A stretch of 64,000 bases of DNA from Blasia pusilla (Eukaryota), in assembly GCA_050084515.1 (NCBI GenBank), contig CM114271.1:40672001-40736000 (forward strand), given 5' to 3'. The notes under the pieces were generated by a model, which ran no database searches, was not told the DNA's origin, and saw only the letters and a program-made list of their open reading frames with translations. The position numbers and the translations under genes were made by a program. Positions 11,312 through 22,158 of this stretch are shown piece after piece. How positions within the stretch are numbered: position 1 is the stretch's first letter; each line of letters starts with the position of its first letter.

Positions 11312-12446
11312 TAAGTCCTCTATTCATAGTGTCAAGGGACATGAGCTCCATTGTCCAGATACAAGAGAAAGATGTTGCATGTGGCAGTGGTTGGCTGAAT
11401 CTTAACGTGAAGAGAGCATCTTTCGGCTTTTAAGCCAAGAAGTTGTGCAAACATCGCACGAAGTATCAGGGAGCTCCTTGATTATTTTACTATGAACAAA
11501 ATTGGAATGAAGGGATCTTCCTAAGAAGGAATGTTTCCGCACATGACTAAACCAAAAGAACTGACCGCTCAAACTTCCCTGTGATCCATGTGCTCAAACC
11601 TCTGCCTCCAACTATTATATATAAATAGTTTGGAAAAGAGGATTTCAATAATTCAAATCCACTAATTCTTGCACCGTTCAAAAGGCATAATATACATTCC
11701 AAAGTATCCAAAATTTATTTTCCCACTAGTCATATCGATATAATTAGCACAATACGATTCAAAAACTGAAGTAGTAAGCTTTTCAAGTTCTCTCTAGTCA
11801 TAATTGTATGACTCATGCAGTTCTGTTGCAATGACTACATCATTTCCGCAACTTGCATAGTCATATCTTTGTGACTAAACCAGTTGTGTCCGCTTCTATA
11901 GTAGTCATGTAACTCTACTCTTCTAGTCATAGTACATGACTACATGAGTCCATACCAACATTTCAATAAAATAAAATGACTACATGAGTTGTCAACTATA
12001 ACTGAATGGAGTATATTTTGGTGCATTTTGATAGGATATTCTGAACTTTTGCACACCAACCATGACTAAAGGAGTCGTTGGTGGTAACTAGAAAAATATA
12101 CACATATGACTAGATGAGTCGTACTCAAGTCCACATCATCATTGACATGTCACAACAATAGTCCATGTCATCAGTGACACATCATACTAAATAGTCCATG
12201 TCACTGATGATGTGTGATTATTCCACGTCATCTTAGTGACATGTCAATCATGGCCTCATGACTACACCCTCGAGTCATATACCAACCTCCACCTAAGCTG
12301 ACTATCCTAGTTAGCCTAGTCGCCAAACAAATATGACTTGGCTTTTGTGTCTAAAGTAGTCGTCAGTCATTGTTAGTCGTGGTATCTAAAGTATGACTCA
12401 TATGAGTCATATAACCTAGTCATAAAACCAGGGATTTCTTCTAGTG

Positions 12447-14560
12447 CTTGGAGAAGTGCTCCACCATCACCAACACATATCGATGATGTCGTACAGTCAA
12501 CGGTAATGATCCCGCAAAGTCCACACTCCAACGGTAACCCAACCCCATAATAGGCAAGGGGTGTAATTGTGGTGTAGGGACATTAAATGATGCCCTCACC
12601 CGGTCACAAACCATACAACGTGACACCAATCTGCCTGCACCGAGTATGCATGCCACGCCACCAATATCGCCAAGGAGTAAGCTATACGTACGCTTTACCC
12701 CAAAATATCCCAACTCCTCATGGGCATGTCGCACAATGCGCTCTCTCTGAGCCAAATGTGGCACTACTCGTACTCTACCATCCTCCCACACGCGGAGAAT
12801 ATGTGTTCCCTCCATTCGATACCTCTTAGCACGTTGAAGAACACGGTCTCGCTCCTTGGCACTCACTATGCTTGGCACCCTACTGGTCCGTAGGAACTCC
12901 AACACCAACGCATCATCATGAATATCACGCTGATCCACCACCATCTCCAACCTTAGGATCTCAAGGCTGGCCATCTACCCCTCGACTAGAGTAAGATATC
13001 ATGTGGTCCTCCATACTAGAGTCCACCCTAACCAACATAAAAAGGCGGATGCATGCCAACCGACACCATCTCCTCATCAACCTCGCCATGCCATCTAGCC
13101 CCGATTGTATCCTCTTGGCTAGTACATGGGTTCCTACTCAATCCATCAAGATCAAGGTTGGCAACTCCAGGTCTATGTACCACCCGGAAGTCATACTCTG
13201 TAAGATAAGAGCCCACCGTGCAAGCTTCCTGTAAGCTTCTCCGACTCCATCAACCACTTGAGCGGTGGTGATCAGTAACAAGGGTAAACGTGTGCCAAAC
13301 AAGTAACACCTAAAGTGTGCCCACCCTCACACACCTCTTGCCAAGCACTCTCCCTCATATGAACTATAGCGACTCCATTTGCATTATTCGAACGACTTGC
13401 ATAGGCCACCACAAACTCCATGTGCTCATCATCATGTTGTGTCAACACCGCTCCAAGTCCCAACCTACTCCAATCGTGTGTAATCTGAAATGGGCGCCCC
13501 CGATAGGTCTCCTCAAGATAGGCGCCGCCACCAACTGGGCCTTAAGCTCCACAAAAGCTCTCTCCTGATCATCTCCCTAGTGCCACTCTTGATCTGATTT
13601 CAGCAATTGGTTCAAAGGCTTTGCCATAGCACTAAATCCCTTCACATACCTCCCATAGTAGTTCGCCAATCCCATGAATGCTCGAACTCTACTCACATCT
13701 ACCGGACGCGGAATAAGTGCAATAGCCTCCACCTTTGCTTGCTGAACTCCCAAACCACCTGGATAGATCACATGACCCAAGTACTCAACATCCTCATGGA
13801 AGAACTTACACTTTCATGGATGCAAACGTAGACCATGAGTTTTCAACCGCTCAAACACCATCTGCAAATGTATCTGATGCTCCTCCACCGTGTTACTGGA
13901 CACCAAGATATCATCAATGTAACACCGAACAAAATCCAACCCTGCTAGGATCCTGTCCATCACTCTTTGAAACTCGGCAAGTGCATTCTTCAACCCAAAG
14001 GTTAAGAATTTCCACCGGTACAAAAATCCTTGCCATGAGAGTTGACACCCCAAAATCTTTGTCTTGGCCTTGTCACTCTCCCCAATCGGCAATTGATGGT
14101 ATCTCGCCGAAGATCCAAAGTACTGAAAATCTTTGCTTGTCCCACCACATCAAAGATCTCTCAGTGTAGGCATGGCATACCTATCGGCCTTGGTTTGCCG
14201 ATTGATAGGACGGTAATCTCCACACATCCGCCTATCCGTAGTTGCCATGCATATCCTTTTTAGCAGGCATGACAAAGTGGGCGATGCATACTCTCCATGG
14301 GACAACTCCACTAATCCAGCCTCCAAAAGGTCCAACGTCCTACTCAATCAGGTCCCTCTCCATATCACTATATCGGTAGGGACGACGGAAGATTGGCGTA
14401 TCACTAGCCAAATCAATCCGTATACGGGTCCAACCAGAGAACCCAACTCCTTCATGCTAAAGGCAAAACAACTCCTATAAGCACGTAGGAACGTGTCAGC
14501 GTCGTTTCTCACCTCCCGTAAGCTTGGGCCCAAGTAATGGCTCCCAAGTCTCCTCCACTG
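12447..14560 (-). pseudogene. Family-2 RT, RNase H and integrase N-terminus (frameshifted)
   Basis: MCGDYRPIN; FGLKNA; FVRCYIDDILV; VRAFMGLANYY; GLGAVL...VVAYASRS; EYDFRVVHRPG; HAHEELG...CMVC zinc finger; RWSVDFAG. Confidence 0.92.
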
Positions 14561-14839
14561 GCATACTAGAGGGAGAGGACGATGCCATTGGCTGCTACCC
14601 AACCCCCTCACAAGATGATACACCCTTAGCTACACCATCATCTCGAGCAAATAACTCCTCCACCAAAGATGAGCAACCAACTCCACATGCCCGACCATTA
14701 CATCCCATTTACTCCAAGGATGCAAAATACTACTCTCCTCGCCTGACCAATGCCTCTACCGTCCCGGTAGCCATCGAGCTCATTACAAGGGGTGGAAGAC
14801 CCAAAGACATAGTCCGAAGTCGACACTGCTCGGCCATAC

Positions 14840-15800
14840 CAAGACTCAAAATCCAAGTCAAACAATTCAGGTCCATGGCCTGACCCAACACATGACGTCG
14901 TGAAGCCTCAGAAATAGAAGCAAGCAACCGCCACGCCGAGTAGTAAATCCCATCGCACGCTCTCTCTCATCGGCGTTAGGCTCCACCAACGCCGCACATG
15001 AGAATCCCATACAAGCCCCGGACCACCTTCCCTGTAGGCATGTGACGCGGGAAAACTCACAAATGTGGGTAGTGCCATCCTAGGCTGGCCCACACGATTC
15101 ACCACTGCCATGGGTGACCGATCAATAACCCTCACCACTTGAGAAAGTCGCCAAGATATCAAGATACTATCCACTGTAAGGCGAGGATCCCGCCAGACCT
15201 TTGCATCATATGCTCGACGTAGAACCTCCCTAGGCAACAAGTTTGTCCACCACAAGCGTGGGCGATGTGCACGTGAGCCAACTCATGGTTTGCATCCAAC
15301 AACACCGCTGGTCCAATCCAAGACCGCACCTCATGAACACTCGCCATCATCCGGTCCGAGTGTCACCCAACAATGGAACATTCTCGAATGTAAGCTAGAG
15401 CACACGTGCGATGAACTGAAGATTCGTAACACCCGTAACATCTCCCAAAACAATCGAGACCTAGGGTCATGTAATCCCTCACCACGACCAAAGACGTGTA
15501 TGACCACGACATGGCCATCCAAAGCAATCACCAAATCCACAGGACCAATTCTCTCAAGGTCCCTGCGCTTCAACAATGCAATGTGTGATGGTAAAGCACG
15601 CTGGTACCCACGAATAGCGATAGCGGCAACAACTCAGGATATCTCGCATCAATCGACCAATATGTCGGGATGAGACTCTGGGCCATCTCATCTCACTCCA
15701 CATACACGTATCTCCGACAGAATACCGGCCTGCAACACTGCGGACCAAACCAAGTGCTAATCCCACCAAAGAGATCTAACACACAAATGCCCTCCGGCGG
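14840..15800 (-). pseudogene. DNMT3-like C5 cytosine methyltransferase domain within family-2 Pol
   Basis: Motif I VLDLFGG (~15763-15783); IV GWPC (15509-15520) followed by GLHDPRSRLFWEMLR; VI ENV (15377-15385); VIII GSRAHRPRLWWTN (~15241-15280); IX/X ERERAMGF...SRRHVLGQAMDL. Motifs lie in several frames because of indels. Confidence 0.88.
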
Positions 15801-16189
15801 ATCTTTGCCATACAATGGGTGTAGTATCCAAAGGGATAACAATCGGGCTGTAGTAGGAGTCCGCCGTGGGGCCTCCTCTTCCTCGTGAGGTATATGACCT
15901 CACACCAAGCCTCTTGCACTAGGCGTCGCCTCTGCCGTAGTGCACCGCTGAACTCCAAAGTGGCACATCCAACGATGAGGATGCCTTTGCTGCAAAAATG
16001 GGGACCTCCTCTACATCCTCATGCGCAGGAGAATCCATAGCGAGAAACATTACCCTCCAAAAAGTCTCTGGCCAAGTGACTACTCCACTAAAACCGACCC
16101 CCAGATGCTAACACTTTGTTGGGGAAGACCCTCTGGTCGAGCCCCAGGAAATAAATCTCACAGAACTTGGCTCATACGTCCATCCCCGG

Positions 16190-16600
16190 ACTGCCAACCT
16201 GGTCTATAAGACGTTGTCTCAGTCCGAGAATCCATCTGAAAACCCATCGGGTACAACATCGCTCCTCCAACTAGTACATCATACGACTCGGTGATGTCAC
16301 TACCGCAGATACTCCCAACCGGGAGCTATCATCGCATGATCTGGTCTCAACTGCATGTAAAACTTCTCCGTGTCATGAATTGAGACCTATCATTGGCTCC
16401 TCCAAGTGATGTTTGAATCGGAATGGGCAAGGCTCAAGCTCGACCTCCGAATACCCAAACCAATACATGCCGCCTTTCCCAACATCAAGGTTGGGCACCG
16501 AGTCTAACAAGACTCTATCTGGTCTATACACATCTGTAGGACTCACCAATCGAAAGATCCCACTCCGGTTGTCCAACATACATACACCAGGTGTAAGCCT
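16190..16600 (-). pseudogene. Family-2 aspartic protease
   Basis: RPDRVLLDS(G) active-site motif and ESYDVLVGG; the family-1 counterpart reads VLLDSGAQPLMLG. Confidence 0.75.
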
Positions 16601-17149
16601 CTCACGATCAATGGTGGCCGGGTGGTAATGCATCCATCTTCGCCATTTCTTTGCCCGCCAAGTAGCACCGGTACTCAATGCTACTCTCGACATAGAGGAT
16701 CGCTCCACCGCAACACCCTCATCCACCTCAACACGTGTAGTTGTAACACCCCACGTTCACACAACGTGGTCGCTAATCAAATACAAGAGGTAAGTCAACT
16801 CCTAAAGCCATCGACTCCGTGGCCGAAAACAATGGGGATCCTAACACCGAAGTTGCCATCCGCAATCTTGCATTGGATGTTGCATCCGTGTCTACTACAC
16901 GCGATGTAGATGCCCTCGATCTCCACTGTCGGCTCAATAGGTCGCGTGAGGAACCATGGATGGAGTCCTAAGCACCTCGGACAACAAGAATGACTGGGAA
17001 GCCTAGCCGCCTCCCGGCCTCACCCCTCTGTGGGTCCAACTCCACAAGAGCACCACGTGGCTCGACGCTCGAGTGGCTCTCAGAATCTGCGGTGATGCCT
17101 CAACCTATGCCGCACTCGCCATATAAGAGAGATCATCCCCTCCATAAGA

Positions 17150-18628
17150 GGTGGAAGCCCCTGCTCCCGAACGATCTATCTTTGGATACCACCATAGTAG
17201 CCAACTCGCTCCAATCGCTCAATCTGGCACCATAGTCGACTCTGTCGTAGTGGTAGGGGTAGCCACCATAGGCTCTCCAACCATTGGTCCACCTCTACCA
17301 CCCCTACCACCTCTACCACCTCGGCCTCTTGGAGCTACTCCACCACGGCCACGGCCTGATCTCAACTCGGATGAAGATCAAAGCAACGCTCTCGAGGATG
17401 ACCTAGTCTCCCGCAATGATCACACTGTGAGTTGGGGCCGATCGAGGCCCATCCTCCAAAGTCCGTCTCCCATCCTCTTGGGGACAAAACTTCCTAACAT
17501 GATCACCTCCACATGTCCAACATGATCGTCCTGCTCTGGGGCAGCAAATGAAGGCAATGGTCTCTACACAAATATCCCTCTAGGACTTGGCGAGGTCGCG
17601 TGTACCCCACGACTCCCACTCCTACTACCACCACCACTACTACGAGGCGTGAGGTGGGCGGTGAACAGAGAAGTAGTAGTTGTATCCCCCATGAATGCGG
17701 ATGTCACCACTCTCTCCTTCACCATGTTAAGCTCAATCTTCTCGAGATAGAGCAAACACATGGGTCAATGTGGGTGAATCATCACTCATAAGAGTAGCAT
17801 CACGCACCCTACGGCGCAAATCTCTGTCCAAGATCCCATACCAAAACTGGACGCCTGATCCTCAATCACACCTGGTAATCGAAATCAAGCGTCGCATACG
17901 CGTGTATGCCTCACGAAGACTCTCACCGGTCTTTCGCTCAAAGTCTTGAAGATTCCTCAACTTCTCCGTCTTCACTCCTTGATAGTTCTTCTTCAACCTC
18001 TTGAAGAACTCGCAATCAAGGCTAACGATGGTGGGGCACTAGTACCTCCACTAGTACCCCCACTAGTACCTCCACTGGTACCCCCACTCCGGCTCGTACT
18101 CGTACCACTCAACGTCGGGCTGGCTGGCATAGTAGGAGCACTACTACCAATACCACCATGGGTGATAGACACATAGCCTGGAGACCAATATTGTCTCCAC
18201 GCCTCAATCTCAGCAACATGGTCTTTCCCAAACTCATGGTAATTATCCATGGGTGGTCCTTCCAAGTGCTGAAACAACCCCTTCCAAGCCAAGAAGGGTG
18301 TAAACAACGTGACGTTCCGCAACATCTGCATAACACACCACTTATCAAACTCCTGCATGAAGTCCTCCAACTCAATGGTGCCCACTGCACCCGAGTATCG
18401 TCGTGGGCCCTTCATGGCCCCATATCCACCGTCCATGTCCCAAATCAATGGAGCTGCAACACTCAATAACAACGTAGAAGACTCGGTGTTTGGAACACCC
18501 TTGTCCTCCTCTTCATCAACCGTCGGAAGTGGAAAAGGTAGCCGATACCTAAATCCACTCCGTGTGAAACCACCACTGTCCGCACCACGGTCCCCAACCA
18601 GACCACCCGACTGCCCCGTGATGACCAA
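17150..18628 (-). pseudogene. Family-2 gag with zinc-knuckle remnants
   Basis: GPRRYSGAVGTIELEDFMQEFDKW...FQHLEGPPMD, homologous to family-1 gag at 28174-28434; ESLREAYTR; RG-rich linker; SGGT tandem repeat at ~18040-18085. Confidence 0.8.
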
Positions 18629-20155
18629 CGCCGATGCCGCACCACCACCAAATTACCACCACCAAATTACCAAGTGACGTCGATGTCGCTATACTATTCT
18701 AGCTCTACTAGCTATGGGTGTAGGCAACCTAACTTGTCATCACCACAAGAAGTCTCCCACACTCTACTCGTCATCCCTCCAGCCTCACTACCGGTAGCAC
18801 ACAAGAGTAACACTACTCTGGAAATCAACGTCAACCCTAACAATGGGCGCGCAAGCAAGAAGCACGATGGAGGGATCCAAACACAGAAATCAACGACAAC
18901 CCTCCAATCGCAAATGGAAATCAAGGTAACACAATCCACCAAACGTGGTGCCCCTCGAATCCACAAAACCCACCACACAACTCTAACGCAATAGCTACTC
19001 GCGCCGGGTCGATGACGTGCTAGTCGAACTCGCAAAGACCTGAAAATATCACCTGCATGGAGAGGCTACATCGTACTATGCGCTAGAGGTACATCAACCA
19101 AAAACTTGAGATGCATAAAGCGCCTAACACATCTCGAACAAAGACCAAATGAGCTACAACAAATGTACACTAGCATAGTTAAGAACTCAGAGATTAAGCG
19201 TCCTCAGCGAGAATAGCCCAAAGATGGGTGACCAGTTATGCAAAAATCAAATCCCAAATCCTGCAAAAATTGCCTCACGCCCAAGCAAGCAAGCTTGCTT
19301 GCTTGCTCCTTGCTCCTTGCTCCTTACTCCGCCTCTCACGCCCACTCGCCCCGAGCTACCACGAGTTGCCTCGAAGCCTCGAAGCCTCGAAACGCCGAGA
19401 AATGCTCGAGACATGCCCCTATCGTCACGCTTCGCCATGATTCGCCATGATTCGCTATGGAGAGAGGTCCAACCAGGGCGCCCCCAACGGGATAGGCGTC
19501 TCCAACAATGAACGAGTCACCAACCAACCAGACCCTCCGATCCGCTGTCCACCATAGCCAGACCTTGAGCTAGTCCGCGAAATTTCGATCAGAAATTACT
19601 TCACAAATACGTGACCGAAATCAAATCTGTTTCAATCAGAATTCAATTGACCACCATAGCTATCTCCCCACAAAAACTCAGCTACAACCGAGCTCCGTAC
19701 TCCGAGCTAAAAATCGGACAAACTTGCTGTCCATACACCTCTAGAACCGCAAACCGGCAGCCGCTTCCGCCAAGTTTCATGCACGCAGAAATCAACGCTC
19801 CACGCACTCGGCGAGATAGCTTCACATGAGATCACAGTACAAGTAGCAATAGGAACCTCTCACCCGATCTGGATGAACTTCAACAAAGCTTCCGCACTCC
19901 AAGCTCTCCACATCAGAAAACTGTCCAACACGAACCAGAATCTTCAATGCTTGATAACTTCCAACTACCTTGACGAAATCCGGCTATCTACTACGCGTTG
20001 GAAAGCTCTCAGCAAGGCGCTTCTTTCCCAACCAACCACGCACCTGATTCACACCTCCAACATAGGCAACAAACCGCGAACATCCACGGCTGAGTACACA
20101 ATCAGCCCTAACCAGATCCTACTCATCTACAATCGAATCTACCATCGATCTACTC

Positions 20156-20167
20156 CAGTTCTTTGAG
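20156..20167 (-). promoter_or_regulatory. Putative self-priming PBS of family-2 element
   Basis: CTCAAAGAACTG abuts the 5' repeat A and is the exact reverse complement of the minus-strand sequence at 20342-20331, about 30 nt downstream of TATAA. Confidence 0.8.
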
Positions 20168-20535
20168 TGAAATCCGTGAAAGACCTACTGTCCAAAAACA
20201 CGTTTACAATCACATAAAATTGAGCCAAACCCACTCCACGATGGGAGAATCTAGGTCGAAGCTTGCGGGAAACACCATAGCCAAGAGCTCTACTCACTAC
20301 CAAGGCTAACTCCCAACGCAACAGGCTCAACTCAAAGAACTGACTGTTCTTTGAGTGCACTCCACCTTATATCCTCCAACCTAAGAGCGGGCCCTACTGG
20401 GAAACTCACCCCCAACTGAGTAACCCCCAACCCTATGTATGGAACCGCATATCTACCAAGCCACTACGGTCCTACATAAGGAATGGCCTCTACTAGCACA
20501 CTATACTCTACGACATAATCCGTATGGTCATGACA
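20168..20535 (-). repeat. Repeat A1 (5' LTR core) of family-2 element
   Basis: TGTCATGACC...GGATTTCA; TATAA at 20371-20367; copy at 2813-3180. Confidence 0.93.
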
Positions 20536-20539
20536 ACAT

Positions 20540-22158
20540 ACATCTTGATGTTTGATGGCGGTTTTTCCTATTACATATAGGGGTAGGGTTCAAGGACAAG
20601 ATCCGACTCTATCTCCGTAAAGCTTCCACTCTCGGGTCTTCACAGATGTTTTTCTCCAATCTACCTCTGGATTATACTGTTCCATCCAAGGCATTCCCAA
20701 GATAACATCATAATGTGCTAACCTAATGACCTTCATCTCCAACTCTTCCAGATACTTTCCTATCCTTAACTCTATCCTTCGAGGAATCTTCTCAATTTTT
20801 TCAGTTTACCCGTTTGGTAATTCTACCTCTTCTTTTGATCCCTCTCTAAAGCTAAGCCCAATTTCATGGCTATGGCTCTTGAAAGGAAGTTTTCTGTTGC
20901 CCCAGGATCAATCAACACTCTAACTTGGGATCCTTCTACTTCCCCATCTATACCAATGAGACATGTTTCTCCTCTCTTCAAACCATTTACCTCCACATGT
21001 TTGTGTCGACTCTCGCTTTCCTCCTTTTCTTAGAATCAGTATATCCGCGAGGCGCGATTACTGGTGGTTGGCATTCCCTTGAGATCCGCCTTCTACGTCA
21101 TCTTCCTGCGTATGTCCTCCTTCAAGATGATTAAGGGGCGATGATAAGGCCTATTTCTGAGCCTACGAAGACAAAAATTCATGGCTATATGACCATATCT
21201 ACCACACTCAAAACATTGGCGTGTATCTCTTCGGACTTCAAATTCTCTCCCTCCTCTAGGAACCCCGACCCCGTCGATTCAAGGAGCAATCCCTTGTATG
21301 TTGGGATTCCGATCTCTCTCCATTGGCATCCTTCCATTATACCTTCGCGGTACATAACCATCTCGTGCTCGAAGGTTATCCAACTCCATGGGTGTGGATC
21401 CGTAGTGGTTGTTCATGGAAGCAACCACCTCTCCTCCTCCTTCGTACACATTTTCCATACGTTGGGCACATGCCATTGCTTCATTGATATCTTGTGGGTT
21501 GTCTCGAATCACCTCTTGACACACCTTCCTCTTTAAACCTCTCTTAAACAGATCGAGAGCTTCTGGCCCATTCATGTCACGGATTTGTATCTACAAGTTA
21601 CGAAACTCTTCGACGTAGTCCTTCACGGTGCTTTTCTGCCCCAGTTGCCATAATTTCATTCTAGCAGTGAGGATTGGATCCACAGCTTGGAAATTTTGCA
21701 GCAACCCTTGCTTCATTCCGCTCCATGTAATTTTTTGAGTTGTTTCAATCAAGGATCTCTCCCATCCTTGATCGATCAATGCTCGATCGATTATCCAAGA
21801 TCTTACGAACATCCCTGCAATATAATCATCAATGTTGAAAAGGGATAAATGGATTTCCATCCGAGGGATCCAACCCTCTAATACCCCCATGGCTCGACTT
21901 CCTTTGTACGGTTCTACCTTGCATGCCTTTGTCATTTTCAATATCAATGATGCTTGAGCATTCATCTCCATCACTCTTTGTGTTGCTTGGGCCTTCAATG
22001 CTCATCCCCTTAAGGTTTCGTCACTCCTCCCAGAAGTCACGACACTCGTGGTTTCCGTCTCCATCCCACCTATCGGAATAACTCTCTCTCTCTCTCTCTA
22101 CTCTCATGTTTCTGACCAAAGTAACTTCTTGCGCTAATTCCTGGACTTGGTTTTGACT
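20540..22158 (-). pseudogene. Chromovirus gag and protease (inverted segment)
   Basis: QKSTVKDYVEEFRNL; FKRGLK; GSTPMELD; VLIDPGATENF protease motif at ~20890-20918. Confidence 0.88.

Larger units (their letters stand above)
4429..12446. mobile_element. Non-autonomous CACTA (En/Spm) transposon carrying host gene fragments
   Basis: TIR CACTAGAAGAAA at 4429-4440 and TTTCTTCTAGTG at 12435-12446, extending imperfectly to ~40 bp. 3-bp TSD CTT. Dense ATGACT/AGTCAT subterminal repeats at both ends. It splits the integrase at EHFSK|WIELV. Confidence 0.95.
2707..20535 (-). mobile_element. Ty3/gypsy family-2 element: gag-PR-DNMT-RT-RH-INT-PHD with split direct repeats, 4-bp TSD ACAT
   Basis: Minus-strand termini TGTCATG...CACGACA; ACAT at 2703-2706 and 20536-20539. 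Removing the element restores the host reading KHQDVCFLGLIR. Repeat A at 2813-3180 and 20168-20535; repeat B at 2707-2810 and 3183-3286. Confidence 0.92.

Noticed and set aside
14840-15800. DNMT as a host DRM/CMT gene or bacterial contamination
   Set aside because: It is intronless, sits at the same PR-RT position in two TE families and lacks the DRM permutation and the CMT chromodomain insert.
18674-19530. ORFs in the long leader of the family-2 element (and 28828-29368 in family 1) as an extra gene
   Set aside because: No convincing similarity between the two families; low-complexity short repeats.
2707-20535. Classification as a DIRS/Ngaro tyrosine-recombinase element because of the split repeats
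   Set aside because: It has an aspartic protease, a DDE integrase, a PPT and a 4-bp TSD; no YR motifs seen.
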